From Camelus ferus (Eukaryota): a stretch of DNA of 64,000 nucleotides. Position numbers and translations under genes: made by a program. The DNA is taken from contig NC_045697.1 in NCBI RefSeq assembly GCF_009834535.1, forward strand, positions 21,516,001 to 21,580,000, written 5' to 3'. The notes under the pieces were generated by a model that saw only the letters and a list, made by a program, of their open reading frames with translations, was not told the DNA's origin and searched no databases. Below, one piece after another: positions 1 through 14,049 of this stretch. Within the stretch, counting starts at the first letter, position 1; every line of letters begins with the position of its first letter.

Positions 1-1249
1 GCTGTCACCTCGCTAATATGTTTGTTTGCTTCTTTAGAATGGAAGCGCTTCCAGGAGTTTCACTACTAACTCCGAGAAGTAATGAAAAAAAAAACCTAAT
101 TCCAAGAACTCCTGATTAATATTAATGAGAGAAATTTGTAAGTCAAACAACTTCAGATTATTCACCCCTGATCCATGCTTAAGAGCATGTTTGGCTAGAA
201 AGGGGCCAGAAAACTAATTCCTCCAAGGAAGAGATGCTCTCTGCAAAGTTTGTTTCATACTGTGATTATATATTTACATTGTACATATTCAAGTTGTCTA
301 CAGGTTTCTTAGAGAAGATGATGTTGTTGAAGGGCCGTGTTGGGAGAGAAAGATCTAAAATAGTCAGAAATTTTAAAATGCCTTCATTGATTATATACTC
401 AATGATTATGTCCAATTTTACGGCCATTGTGACATTTCACTTGTTCATATGCCTCTAGATGGAGAGGTCAGAAGAATAACAGTACCAGGATAGCACACTT
501 TTGATACTTAAACACTCCATTTCCCAATTGCCAAGTTAAATTCAATCTGAAACAGTAAGTTTATCCTAAGAGATTTTCTGGTGCTGTTGAGGCGGGTCAT
601 TTGCTGTTGTTTATTAAGCTTAATTTTATCACAGGATTGTAGGCTCTTGGCAACCTGTGTGTCAGGAGGTCGCTACTCTGTATTTCTTCTTTATCTTGCA
701 AATCTGCATAAGGAATCAGCATCAACTTCAGGGGTCTGCATATCTTGAAAGTCTTGCTGTGCAGACAAGAGATACAGCACAGTGCAGGGCAGCATGTTTG
801 TATTCTGATCTTGGGAAGGCAACCCATGTGTAAAAACCATTTGCCTTTCTAGAAAGTTATTATTGGTTCCTTTAGTTTAATACATTGTTGTAAAACTATT
901 CTATTGAAAAGTAAGTTACCATTCACTACTTAGAGCTAGATCAAAACACCAAGATCCACCTTTCAATTAGTAAAACGTCTTAAGTTTTTGTTCACAGTAT
1001 TAAATAACCTGATTCATGAATATTAAGTTTTCATAATTATTTGTTGCAAATAGAAATGAACGACTGCCAATGTTAGCTTATGCAATTTACAACAGCCCTT
1101 TGGAAGAGTATTTAAATGGAAAATATTCTGTTTTAAAATACTTTATGAGTGTCATTATACATTCTTCCCATGTAATTGATTACTACTGAAATCTGATTTT
1201 TAGACTAAATAAGTGTAAGAATGTACTTTTAAAAAGTATTAAAGGATTT

Positions 1250-1415
1250 TGTACAGCACAGGAAGCTATATTCAATATCTTATAATAACCTACAATGGAA
1301 AAGAATCTGAAAAATAATATATATGTATAACTGAATAACTTTGCTGTACACCTGAAACTAACACAACATTGTGGATCAACTATAGTTCAATAAAAAAAAT
1401 TAAAATTAAAAAAAA
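1250..1415 (+). mobile_element. L1 3'-terminal fragment (5'-truncated)
   Basis: Typical L1 3'UTR end (tgtacagcacagg...tattcaatatctt...gctgtacacctgaaactaacacaacattgt...ttcaataaaaaa) followed by an A-rich tail. Confidence 0.85.
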
Positions 1416-1689
1416 GATTTATCATAATCAGCATATTTTATAGGTACGCTCAGTATAATCATATAAGTGTGTGAGAGCATCTGAGGTTCTGTGAAAGAGA
1501 ATTGGTGGGATGAAGGCGATCGAGAGTAACTTTAGGTTGTGTTGCTAAAATAAGCATTTATGACTCTGAGGTACGTTTTTTGTGCTCTTTCAATTTCCGC
1601 TAAAATAAAAGTCCGTGTTGCAGAAAAGGAAAAGTGGAGTGAATAAATTCTTTTTTAATGAGAAGTGGCATAATGTGGCATAAGAGGAA

Positions 1690-1810
1690 AAACTCAGAGC
1701 TTTGTGTCAGAAGATCATGAATTAAATCCCATCTCAGCAACTACATGCATTTTTACCTGAGGCAAGTTATTTCACCTCTGCAAGCTCATTGACCTCCTAT
1801 GTGAAATGGG
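1690..1810 (+). mobile_element. MIR SINE fragment
   Basis: Degenerate MIR core: gagctttgtgtcagaaga...aaatccca...gaggcaagttatttcacctctg...tgtgaaatggg. Confidence 0.65.
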
Positions 1811-1811
1811 T

Positions 1812-2225
1812 TGTGCTGGAGGTTCCGACTTGCCTGGGCAGATCTACACTCCACTCCTCTCCATCCTGCTCTATGCCTCTGGAGGGTGATATTTACAGAA
1901 TGAACCAACCAAAGATCCTGATCTTCTGAACTTTAATGAATAGGAAGCACCAATAGGATGGCAATAATAGAAGTTTGATGTTTATGCCCTTGGTTCTTTC
2001 TGTGCCAGTCTGAAGACTGACAATGCTGATTTTTCTTCCTGGATGCCCCCTCCTACAGCTGCAGGTTTTACGGGGTGCTGGTAACCATTCCCTTCACTAC
2101 CTTCAGTCCTAATGGTGACTATGAACTTGGTTCTTTCACTATCTCTTGTAGGTTTTTCTTAAATCTAGCCCTACCAACTCAATTAAGCAATCATCACTTC
2201 CCCCCTTTATGCATTTACTTATCTG
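1812..2225. mobile_element. Old ERVL-type LTR (LTR33/LTR16-like), degraded
   Basis: Composition and motifs resemble recalled ERVL LTR33/LTR16 consensuses and are similar in character to 32970-33390. Family uncertain. Confidence 0.4.
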
Positions 2226-3055
2226 TTAGACCCATATTTATATGCAAGATAAAGAAAATACAAGCAATATGTGGTTGTTGTATGGATTTATTTTTGTAAG
2301 TATAAAACTGGGTAAGATGTATTAAATGTCAAATAAACATTAGGTAAAGTAATCTGGGTCTTATACCTCCAAGTCTGCATTTGAAAAGCATGCCTCTTGA
2401 ATCAATATCAGCAGAGCCTTCCTGATCCGAAGGAGCTGGTCTGCTTTCAGCATTCCAGCCTCCTGCTTCTGCCAGCCTCCACAGTTTTCTTAAGCCCTGT
2501 GGCTACTCTGAACAGTTGTCATCAAGGCACACGAGGTGTATTTTATCCACTCCCGTGTTTTAGATAGGTTCTTCTTCCCAACACTCAGGTTTTAAAGTCA
2601 CTCTGTCTAAAATTCGGCGAGAATGCCAATTTTCTAAAATACCTGTCAGGAAAGTGACAATTGCAATATCGTTAGAAAAAGAGGGATCGACATTGCTGAT
2701 GAGATGACAATGCCTCAGTTGCTGGATAGCAAAGGTGACAAGAACCTGAAAATGGTTATGAATTCCTGACATTTTCCTACAAGGCAAAGCGATCTTGTTT
2801 CACATCTTGTGAAAGTGATAGTCAATTCAAACAAATGATGCTTACAGATGTTCTACTCAGCTTAGAGACTTGATTAGGAAAAAGTAGCAAGTATGACGTA
2901 CTAAGTTCGAGTGTTGGAATAAGAGAGAACACCACCTTCCTTCAATCTGCCTGTACTGTGAACAGTATTAAAGTGGAAAGACCATCAAAGTACCAATCTA
3001 GATACATGGTCTTTAGTCATGTCTCAATTCAAACTCAGTGAATGTCCTTGGGCTC

Positions 3056-3584
3056 TGTGATGGTTAATTTTATGTATCATCTTGACTGTGCTAAGGGATT
3101 GCTGGTGAAACATTAATTCTGGATGTGTCCATGGGAGTGTTTCTGGATGAAATTAGCATTTGAGTCAGTAGACTGAGTAAAAAAGATTGTCTTCATCAAT
3201 TCAATCCACTGAGGGTTTGAATAAAACAGAAAGGCAAAGGAAGGGTGAATTAGCTGTCTTTACTTGAGCTGACACAATCCATCTTCTTCTGCTCTGGGAC
3301 ACTGGCATTTCTGTTTCTCTGGCCTTTATCGTCACATCAGAACTTACACTATTGCTCCTCCTCACCCCGTAATGGGACCTTTGGACTCCAACTTACACCC
3401 ATTAGATTCTCAAGGGTTCTCAGGCCTTTGGATTTGGACTGAGTTACAATACCTGCTTTCCTGGTTCTTCAGATTGCATATCTTGGGAATTCTTGGCCTA
3501 AGAAAATGCACAAGTTAACTCCTATAAATCTCCTTTAGCTACGTCTTACTGGTTCTGTTTATTTGAAGAACACTGACTAATACA
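3056..3584 (+). mobile_element. MLT2 (ERVL) solo LTR
   Basis: Starts tgtgatggttaattttatgt and ends ctggttctgttt...actgactaataca, the characteristic MLT2 termini. Confidence 0.85.
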
Positions 3585-4189
3585 TACGGTTCTCCAAATA
3601 AACAGAACCCTCATAGGCACATTAGTTGTTAACTGCTAAGTCTCATTTGAGTAAAGTGTAAGATGAGAATAAAAAAAATTACAGTCTTATCCACATTGTG
3701 CATGAGATTGGTGGCAGAATTAAATCAGATGCATGCCTTTTTCAATTATGCTGTCTCACTGTAGACAAATTGCTTGCCTTTCTAGGATTCAGTTTATTTA
3801 TCTATAAAATGAGGAGTGTGTACTGAGCAGGTCCTTGAAAGCTGTAAGTTCTTTAAAAGGTTACAGTGAGCTTAACTTAAATGTAAGGTAGATTTTCTTT
3901 TTTTTCTTCTTCTTTTTTTTTTTTTTTTTTTGGTCTAAAAGTATGTCATCTCAGAAGCTTAGAAAATTACAATTACGGAAATAAAAATTTATATTCAATA
4001 AAATTGAACAATTGATTCTAGTAGTAACCCTTGTAAAAGAATGTTTTTCTTAGTTATGCATGCATTACTGTGGGTTACTACTGGAATTAATTTTTTGATT
4101 TTATTGAATACACAAGCACACAAACACACACACACACACACATTTAGCTTTTAACCATCAACCAATACCATAATTAATGGTGAACCACA

Positions 4190-5200
4190 TAATAGAGTTA
4201 TCCCACCTGAAATTAGGAACAGAGCTAGGATTGCTGTTTCAATATTATCTGTTATTAATATTGTACCAGATGTTTTAGCCAATATAGTAAATATGAAACC
4301 TAAATGAGTAACTTTATGATTGAGGGGGTCACAAATACTATTTTGTGATATTTTATTCCAAATATCAAATAACACAAACTAAAAGAAAAACATAACAAAT
4401 CAAAAAATAAAATGAAAACATAAATAGAAATAATGTCACAGTTTTCACATCACGGGTAAGTCCAAAATTTCCACATATACATATATATTTGTTTTTATAC
4501 CAGAGGTAACTGGTACAAAAAAAAAGGATCAATAAAAATTTGTATAACCTAGAAATAATTGTTAATGTTAAAATAGATCAATTAAATATTAAGATTAAAA
4601 ATCAATCATTAAAAATGGGGACAAAGACAGAGTAATATTTCTTCAATTCAAGATGAAAAAAGTAGTTCTGAAACTCTAGTGAAAATGGAAGAAACCATTT
4701 AATTTGAGAAGTGATGGATCTGGCTACATAGAATTTTGAAATGCCAGAAACTAATGATAAACTATGAAAATGTAATTTCTTTAAACATTTATTGCCAACA
4801 CATAAATTCTGCACAATGAAAAGGCCATTCTATTTATTCATTTTTTTTAATATAACAAATGTCTAGAAAAGGCAAACACTCCCAATTAAACAGGAGAAAT
4901 GTTCACACATGTACAGATTTAAATGGTCAATAAATACAAGTATGAAACTTAGTAATAAATCATTTGAAAAAAGAATAACCAAGAATAAATATATTTTATC
5001 ACATAGAAAAGATTATAGAAAAAGTTGATATAAATTTTAATTATATGCTATAAAAATATCATTAAATTATATAATATGTAATATTATTATATTTTTAAAT
5101 GACAGTAAAGGAAAGAACTGTGGACATTTAATTTCTATGTAACATATTTAGGACTTTAAGCAGGATGGAATTTTTAAGTTAATTTGAGAGAAATTAATAT
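4190..5200 (+). mobile_element. Ancient, highly decayed L1 ORF2 fragment
   Basis: A-rich sequence with remnants such as ctgaaattaggaacagagctagga...ttaatattgtaccagatgttttagcc that resemble L1 ORF2. Confidence 0.5.
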
Positions 5201-6299
5201 CTAGATAATATATAATTTTAAAATCAGAAACAGTCCCTCTCCAGTTCTTCAGTATATCTTTCATTAATCATGCAAGTTGGGTAGTCTGACCTCTGACATT
5301 ATGACACTGGATCTGAGATGTGTATGATCCAGCAGAACCAGTTTTAAAAGTATATGATGAAATAGTTTCCAGGAGATGTACCCAAATTGTAAAACAGCTG
5401 GAAAGATTAAACATTAGAGGGACAATCTGGCAGTGAATGTAGTGCGACCACCCCCACTGCAGGATGGAGCACACTTGGATGCCTGAAGGAAATACGCATT
5501 CAGAGTATCATCGCACACTTCCTGATTTCAAAATGGTCAGTCCTTTTAAAAAAAAAAATGCATGTGTAACTAAGAAAAATTCATAAGTCACACCTGTGGG
5601 CAAGCCCATCTTACCAGGAATACTTTTACCCTTTTCATGAAAATGTTTAAAACAGGAGATTAATGTGTATTGTGTCCACTTTGGAGTTTGCCTCTCAATT
5701 TACTAAATATTTTCCTAAACTATATTTACTTTAGATTATTCTAGTGGCAGGCATATTTCCAGATAATTTATATTAAAAATGAAATGAAACAATAAAAAAT
5801 GGTAATCATTTTGAAGTGCTTCTGAATGCTCTTCTACTGTTTGAGAAAGATTTAACTCCATTTAGTCTCACAATAAATCCATTAAGTAGATGCATTTTCC
5901 ACTTTATATTATAGATGGGTTACATTGTCCGAGTTTAAAGAGCTAGGAAGTTGTGATCTATAATTCAAATCCACATATTCTGTTCCAAAGCCCCCTTCAA
6001 ACCACTGCTCTATATTGCTACCCAAATATAATACTTTAGTTATTAATGATGGCAATAATAATACTTGTGAACACACACACACACAAACACACACACATAC
6101 TCATAGCTTATTTTTCTTCAAATTTCTCTTTTCTTTCTTTCCTAAAGGATTTCCCACTTCTCTTCCCATATATGGACACCCAGATGTGTTCATGTTCTCC
6201 CGACTTTACCTAAGGCTACTTTACATTAGTATTTAAACAATAAGATAAATGATACATGAAAACAATCAACAGAATGAATATATAAGATAAAATTTAAGT

Positions 6300-7550
6300 A
6301 ATAAAACAAATACTTTTGAACTTTTCACTCAACAGGAATTATATTCATATTTTCTAATCTGTCCAGCTGCCTCCACTATTATACAAATAACTCATCAGAG
6401 AATTGCATATTTTTGCATTGTACAATAAATATATGATATCCATATGTATTCCTAAAATATATACCCTCATTTTGCTAGTCAATAAATTAGAGCTTCATAA
6501 AATACAGTATCATATTCTAGTCGCTATCATGTTTCTGAGATTCATTCATGTTGCTTCACGGTTCTTTCTTTTCACTTCTGTGTACTATTCCATTAGGCCA
6601 GGGATTAGCAAGTTTTTCTGTAAATAGGCAGAAAATAAATTGTTTGGCTTTATAGGGCATATGGTCTCTGTTGCAACTACCCACTCTGCTGGCATACAGA
6701 AAAAGCAGCTTAACCCAATTTATAAACCAATGAGTGTGGCTGTGTTCCAAAAAAACGCCATTTACTAAATTAGGAGGCTTGCCTGCTTTGGCTTGTGGTC
6801 CATAGTTTGCAAATTCCTACACTGCATGAATATGGCCAAATGCAGTTATCCCTCCTCCTGCCTGTAGATACTTCTGTTGTTTCTCATTAGCTATTATGAA
6901 TGATTCTTGCTATGAACATTTTAGCATAAGTTTCCTGGCACATATGTGTATGCTTAGAAATGCAATTCCTAGATTTTAGTCATGCATATTTGTCAGGATA
7001 AAGCCATATTTTTTCTCAGAGTGATTTTTAGCAATTTTCCATATCACTAGAGTGTATAAAAGTCCCTGTTGATTCCCACCCTTGCCAAAATGTGGTATTG
7101 TCAGATTTCTTCATTTGCTCCTGTCTAGTGAATATAAAATTGTATCATATTGTGATGTGAATATTCATTTCCATGAATGAATAGCTCATATTTTTATTTA
7201 TTTGTAGACATGTTTTTTTTTCTTTAAAATAATTATAGATGTCCTTTGACTACTTTTGTACTTGATTTTTCTATTTTTCCCCCTGAATAAAAATATTATA
7301 AAAGTAATTCCTTTCCCAGTTATGTTTCAAATATCTTGTTTTGGTTTGTGGCTTATCTTTTTATTTTCCATATAACTTATTTCAATAAGCAGCTCCTGGT
7401 ATTTCAGTTTATTCAGGCAATGTCTTTTGTATTTTCATTGTATACTTTGTGAAAACACAGTTGTTAAGGTAGTCATTACTGGCTTCAAATTTGCTTTTAA
7501 TTTTAAATCTTTAATCCATCTGGAATTATCATTTCCAACAATAAGCAGTT
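6300..7550 (-). mobile_element. Old L1M (L1ME-like) 3' region interrupted by MER58A
   Basis: T-rich, with L1 3' motifs: gtttctgagattcattcatgttgc, tgctatgaacatttt, tggtattgtcagattt, atctttaatccatctggaatt. Confidence 0.7.
6599..6819 (+). mobile_element. MER58A hAT-Charlie MITE
   Basis: Imperfect TIRs cagggattagcaa...ttgcaaattccta, with internal atatggtctctgttgcaactac and aatgagtgtggctgtgttcca typical of MER58A. Confidence 0.85.
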
Positions 7551-8023
7551 TTCTTTGTTAAACTGAAGTTTCATCTTTTCTGTTTCATGTATTATTGGTT
7601 TTATTTTCATTATCTTCTGTTCTCTACTCTTAGTCTATTGCTATTTTTCTAACTTCTTTTTTTTTTTTTAATATAACATTTAAGGCTTCTTCAGATTTCA
7701 GTTTCAAGTTGGCTCAAGTCAGTCTGAGTTCTCAAAAAACATGGGCTTTGACTTTTTACTTAATTGGATCCCCTTCTTATATACGCCCATGTTTACTTTC
7801 AAAGTAATACGAAAATTCTTTTTTAACATATTTATCAATATATAAAACTTTGTGCTATGTAAGGGGAGTTTCTATATACAACATCTTGGATGGAGTTTGC
7901 ACCATAATTTCAAGAGAAATTATTTGAAAAAATAAACATTAGTACTGTTCATTTTACCCTAGCTCTCTCAGAATCTCTGATAATATTCCACAACACCAAA
8001 GAAATATCAGACATTTGTACCTA

Positions 8024-9692
8024 TGTGTGACACCCTGCATGTCTGCGTCCTCCTCAAACTTGTACATTGAAACCTTACCCCTCAATGTGATGATAGTAAG
8101 AGGTGGGGTCTTCAGGAGGTAATTAGATTTAAATCAGGTCATAAGGTGGAAACTTAATGATGGTGTTTGTGTCCTACACTCCCTCACACCATACCTAAAA
8201 ATAAACTCTAAATGGCTTAAAGACTTAACATAAGACAAGATACAATAAACCTCCTAGGAGAAAACATAGGCAAAACATTCTCTGACATAAATCTAAGCAA
8301 TGCTTTCCTAGGGAAAGCTACACAGGCAATAGAAATAAAAGCAGAAATTAACAAATGGGACCTAATTAAACTTACAAGCTTTTACACAACAAAGCAAACC
8401 ATAAGCAAAACAAAACGACAGCCTACAGAATGGGAGAAAATATTTGAAAATGATGCGACTGACAAAGGTTTAATTTCCAGAGTATATAAACAGCTCACAC
8501 AACTTAATAAGAAAAAAAACAACCCAATCCAAAAATGGGCAGAAGACCTAAACAAGCAATTATCCAATGAAGACATACAAATGGCCAATAGGCACATGAA
8601 AAAATGCTCAATATTGGTAATTATCATAAAAATGTAAATCAAATGAGGTATCACCTCACACCAGTCAGAATGGTCATCATTCAAAAGTCCACAAATGATA
8701 AATGCTGGAAAGGATGTGTAGAAAAGGAAATCCTCCTACACTGTTGGTGGGAATGTAGTTTGGTGCAACCATTACGGAAAACAGTTTGGCGATTCCTCAA
8801 AAACCTAAAACTAGACTTACCATAAGATCCAGCAATCTTACTCCTGGGCATATATCCAGAAGGAACCCTACTTCAGGATGACACCTGCACCCCAATGTTC
8901 ACAGCAGCACTATATACAATAGCCAAGACATGGAAACAACCTAAATGTCCATCAACAGATGACTGGATAAAGCAGCTGTGGTATATTTATACAATGGAAT
9001 ACTACTCAGCAATAAAAAAGAATAAAATAATGCCATTTGTAGCAATGTGGATCCACCTAGAGATCATCCTTCTAAGTGAAGTAAGCCAGAAAGAGAAAGA
9101 AAAAATACTATGATATTACTCATGTGTTATCTGAAAAAAAAAGGAAAAAAGAGGACACTAATGAACTCATCTACAGAGTAGAAACAGACTCACAGACATA
9201 GTAAACAATCTTGTGGTTGCCAGGGGAAGGGAGATGATAAGAGATAAATCTGGGAGTTTGAGATTTTCAAATGTTAGCCACTGTATATAAAAATAGATTT
9301 AAAAAAAAATTCCTCTGTATAGCACAGGGAACTATATTCAATACCTTATGATAACCTTTAATGAAAAAGAAAATGAAAACAAATGCATGTATGTATGTGC
9401 ATGACTGGGACATTGTGCTGTGCACCAGAGGTTGACACATTGTAACTGACTGTACTTCAATTAAAAAAAAAAACAGAGGAAGAGATACCAGGGCTCCCTT
9501 TCTCTCCTATGTGAGGATACAGTGAGAGGGCAGCTGTGTGTAAGCTGGAAAGAGGATCCTCACCAACAACAAATCTGTATGCATCTTGATTTTGAACTTC
9601 CCAGCCTCCATAACTGTGAGAAATAAGTTTCTGTTGTTTAAGCCACTCAGCCTTATGTTTTGTTTTTTTATCATAAAAGCCCAAGCTAAGAA
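8024..9692 (+). mobile_element. MLT1A-like MaLR LTR split by an L1 insertion (halves ~8024-8175 and 9474-9692)
   Basis: 5' half: tgaaaccttacccctcaatgtgatg...gaggtggggtcttcaggaggtaattag. 3' half: tgtgaggatacagtgagag...cttcccagcctccataactgtgagaaataa...gtttaagccac. Confidence 0.85.
8176..9473 (+). mobile_element. Lineage-specific L1, 5'-truncated (ORF2 C-terminus, 3'UTR, poly(A))
   Basis: ORF2 C-terminal peptides [10 protein letters not shown]...LLHCWWEC and [26 protein letters not shown]. Tail at 9463-9473. Confidence 0.95.
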
Positions 9693-11631
9693 ACTAGACA
9701 TTTTCATGTGGGAACATTTCTACTCTCATTGATGTTAGACTTAATCCCCTAAAAGCCCCTGTGGGTGACCAATGTCACAAGAACTTCCGTACATAATATG
9801 GGCTCATTGGATTCAAGATAATTTTTAAAAATGCACCTTACATACCAACAACTGCAGTACATATACACATATGTTGTTACTGTTATTTATTGATGATTAA
9901 AGACAAATTTGCTCTGGAGAAAAATACTTCCTTCTTTCAGTAACTAGCAGATCTGAGCCTAAAACAGAACAAACTAATTTTACCAGTTGGTTTTCAGAGG
10001 CCTTTCCTTTCTTACAGGGACAATCCTCCAACCAGAGTGCATCTTTTGTTGCATAGTCACATAGATCCCCGTCCACCATCAATACAGAAACTCGACTTGG
10101 TCATGGTCTACATCTGTCAATACTCTTTGCCCAGCCTAAACTGTGATAGGCTGAGAGTTTGGGTGATTGTGCCCACTCAGTGGTTTTTCTGCGTATCAGT
10201 TTTCTCAGAATATGTGTGGTTTGCACAACACATGCAAGAAGAAAACATTTAATGGCATAGATAAATCTTTAAAATATGTCATATGTGGTAGCTTAATTTA
10301 AAATATAATACACTGATGCACATGGATGCAGATATATATTTATATCTGGATAATTCCATATCAAATGTTAAAAGTGGGGTTTTTTTGTGATTTTGTGTAT
10401 TTTCCAAATATTTCTCTGAGTGAAAACTTAGTGCTTTATCTATAATAAAAATAAACAAGTATGTGCATTTTATAACAAATTATATAGTCAAATAGGCCTA
10501 GTTTAATATTCTACCTTCTAAAATTCAACTCTTCATAACTGACTGGATTCTAGAAGTTTCAAATACTTTTCTAGTAGGAAGATAATATGTCATAACTCTT
10601 AAATATCCTAGTGGATATTTTTATTGGTGTCAGGACTGCTCATTTCAGAACCTGAGGACATTTGGCATCTCAGGGCTTCCCTCAAGAGAATGACATAAGA
10701 GCTTATTGACATATATTTTCAAATATTTCCTGGTGGTCAGTTATGTCCCATCCAAACTGCATCAGTGAGTCACATTTTACAAGGAGTCTGTAGACAAACA
10801 AGTGCAATACTTTTTGAAATATCTTACCATTTTTTTTATGTTTTCATCACCATAATAACACTGATGTTCACTCAATAAAATAGGAAAGGGACCATGAAAT
10901 GTTCTAGTGTTTAGCCTGCTTAATACTCTGTGATCAACTTTGCCATATCACAATTTGCAGACCTCTAAGTAGGTCATATCTCTAAATAATTTCTTGATAT
11001 GCCCCTGACAAGCACTGCCACTGCTAATTACGTAAATTTTATGTAACATAGAGAAAATATACATTTAAAAAACTTTCCCCATGTATTCACTTTCTCTCAA
11101 GAGCCCATATGTGACTGCAATCAAAAACGTATTTAGATTGGAGCTAAGATATCCTAAGGCATTTAACTGAGATGAGAAGAAACATTGTCTCGATGTGATT
11201 GAAATTACATAAGCCCATGTTTCTTAAGATACCCTATTTATAGGAACATAAATTCACTGTATATAAAAACGTGGTTTAAGCATATGGGCAGAGGCAGGGA
11301 TGGTAGTTGCCACAAATTGGAGCAGCCATTTTCATTTTTTAACCTGTTCTAAAGTTCTAAAATCAAGACTTTGATTTGTTTTGGTCTGCAAGCATGTCTC
11401 CCCTCCAAAGTAGTAACTGTAACATAATCACCACAGCTCTAGATCTAGACATATGAAGTGTTCACTGTAGTACTGCAAAGTATTTTATGTATTAATTAAT
11501 ATGTAGAAAAATATTACTTTTTGAGTACTATTAAATTAAGGTATAATAAATAATAATTTTAGTAAGTGGTGGGAGTTTGTTACTAATATGATAGTGATTT
11601 AACTTGGAATCAATCATTTAGACATTCACAC

Positions 11632-11894
11632 TGTAATAGGGAAGAACAAACAAACCTGACTCCATATTAGATCTGTTTCTCTAACTTTTGTGTTTTATTG
11701 CCTTTGCTACAAGTTAATCATTCAAGGGATGTTGCCTATAGCTTAAAGTATACATAATGGGCCATCTCTGGGAACCCTGTCTCCCATGCCTGAGCATTAA
11801 GCTAAAATACCTATGTTTAGCTCACCGGAAACATCTTGACCAGACCCACCTGCAAATGGCTGTAAGGAAGAAATAACACATCCCTTCTGGAGTC
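11632..11894 (+). mobile_element. Truncated ERV1-type LTR (5' part)
   Basis: Begins tgtaatagggaagaacaa...ctgactccatattagatctgtttc, like recalled artiodactyl ERV LTR starts. No 3' end found; it abuts L2 sequence. Confidence 0.65.
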
Positions 11895-11899
11895 AGTTC

Positions 11900-12740
11900 A
11901 GAGCATGATACTAAATATGTTTTTAAGAAAATCATCGAGATTTTCTGATAGATTAAATGTTGAGATTGAAATAACAAGATTCAAAAATTGACTCCTTGGT
12001 TACTGGATAAAGAAGCTGTGGTATGTATGTGTGTATACGGAATGGAATGGAATACTGCTAAGCCATAAAAAGAATAAGATAATGCCATTTTCAGCAACAT
12101 GAATGGACCTGGAGATCATTCTAAGTGAAGTAAGCCAGAAAGGAAAGAAAAAACCATATGATATTACTTACATGTGGAATCTAAAGAAAAAATAACAAAT
12201 TTGTTTACAAAACAGAAACATACATAGTAAACAATCTTATGCTTACCAGGTGGAAAGAGAATGGGGAGGAATAAACTGGGAGTTCGAGATTTGCAAATAT
12301 TATCTAGTATCTATAAAATAGATAAACAACAAGTTTCTATGGTATAGCACAGGGAACAATATTCAATATCTTGCTGTAACCCATAATGAAAAAGAATATG
12401 AAAACAAATATATGTTTGTATATATATGACTGAAACATTATGCTGTACACCAGAAATTGACACATTGTGAACTGACTACACTTCAATAAAACAAGAACCG
12501 CCCCCCCCAAAAAAGACCCCAACAAAATTGACTCCTTGCAATTTGATGGAAGCTCAAAACCTACACAACTGGGGGGATGACGTTGGCAACAACTGAGTTA
12601 AGACAGGCAGCGAGAGAAACATGTGTAGAAGAAAGATCAGGAATTATATTGGGGATGTAATGACTGAGAGGATTATTAGACATGCATTAGATAGTTGGAT
12701 ATCTGAGTTGAGAGTTCAGGACAATGCCTGGGCTGGACTT
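11900..12740 (-). mobile_element. L2 fragment interrupted by L1
   Basis: Antisense L2 motifs (gattttctgatagattaaatg...gactcc; agttggatatctgagttgagagttcaggacaatgcctgggctgga) lie on both sides of the L1. Confidence 0.6.
11999..12523 (+). mobile_element. L1 3' fragment with perfect 15-bp TSD
   Basis: L1 3' end flanked by aaaattgactccttg at 11984-11998 and 12524-12538. Confidence 0.95.
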
Positions 12741-13000
12741 CATCAGAGGGCACCGAAGCTCCCTAACAAAAGATAGAGGAAAAAGGAACGTGAGCAGCGC
12801 ATTAGTGCCATCACTGCTACATCATCACAGTTGACCGCTGGCCTTATAAATCTAAGTATATTATATGAATCTCCTCTGCTGTCTTCTGCAAATGGAAGTT
12901 TCTCCAGGAGGATTGGCCTTTCTCCAAATAAAAAAGGTGATGCTGGAGAGCAGGTGCTTAGTAAATTTACATTTCCATAACTAAGAACTGTCAATCGGTT

Positions 13001-13044
13001 ACATTTCCATAATAAAGAAATCACATTTCCATAATAAAGAAATC
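13001..13044. repeat. Perfect 22-bp tandem duplication
   Basis: acatttccataataaagaaatc occurs twice; a partial copy acatttccataa is at 12969-12980. Confidence 0.9.
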
Positions 13045-14049
13045 AATTGATTTCTGTCAAAAAGATTCAAAATTTGCTCCAAGGAGATTTGATGTTTCTT
13101 TGAAAATATTAAAAAGTAATACTCTTTCCATATCTGGCCTCTGCAGCCAATATCAACCTTGAAAGGTTAAAGTACATACAGACATATTAACATGTATAAG
13201 TAAAGATACATATGTATGGTGTGAGATGTGCATATATTTACACATGGACATATATATATATATACATATACATATATATACACATACACATAAGAGTATG
13301 TATGCCACATAGCTGTTTATATTTGTACTTATATAAATGTTCACAATCAAGAGTTGAAACATAATTATTTACGTGTGCATACTCAAATCAGCCAGTAAAA
13401 TCAGCTAGTGGGTGAAATCCAACTATTGTCTTTATTTTCTAATTAATTTTGGCAGCTTTAGATGACTTCCTCATTCCTCAACATTTTTCAACAGTTAGCT
13501 TATAATTTTATAACTACAGTGTTAACTCATTAGAGAAAATGAGTGAAGGTGATTGCATTACAGAAATGGTCAGAAATTAAGCCAAATATGGCTATATAGA
13601 CGGGGACATTCAGATGTTACAAAAGCATTGTATGTGATAAAAATAGTTCTTTTACTTAAACTTTCTTGTATACTGTAGATAATCTTACTGAAGTCTGGAA
13701 CAGTTTTCTGAACAGTTAATTTTTTAGTATAAAATTACTACTGTTTTAAAGTATAGTTTCTTTAGAATTATGTGACTTTATGATAAATCTTTGAAATCTG
13801 TGCTCAGATGAAACTAGTTGATTGCAATTAGAAAAAGATTTGTTATTTTTGCTATAAGTTTAGAGTTATTTGCATTCATAGTAAAAACTCAAAACATGCT
13901 CAGACCTACTGTATAGATTTAAATGAAAATATGACTATCTCTGGTCAAGAGAAGCCAATAGATTTGCAAAAATTTAGCAATCAAGTTAGTAAACAATGAA
14001 AACACTGAAGAATTATTGGGTGATATTTGCTTTTCAACATAGCAAGTTA

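Noticed and set aside
12743..13024. 93-aa minus-strand ORF in unique sequence
   Set aside because: No recognisable homology or convincing splice sites.
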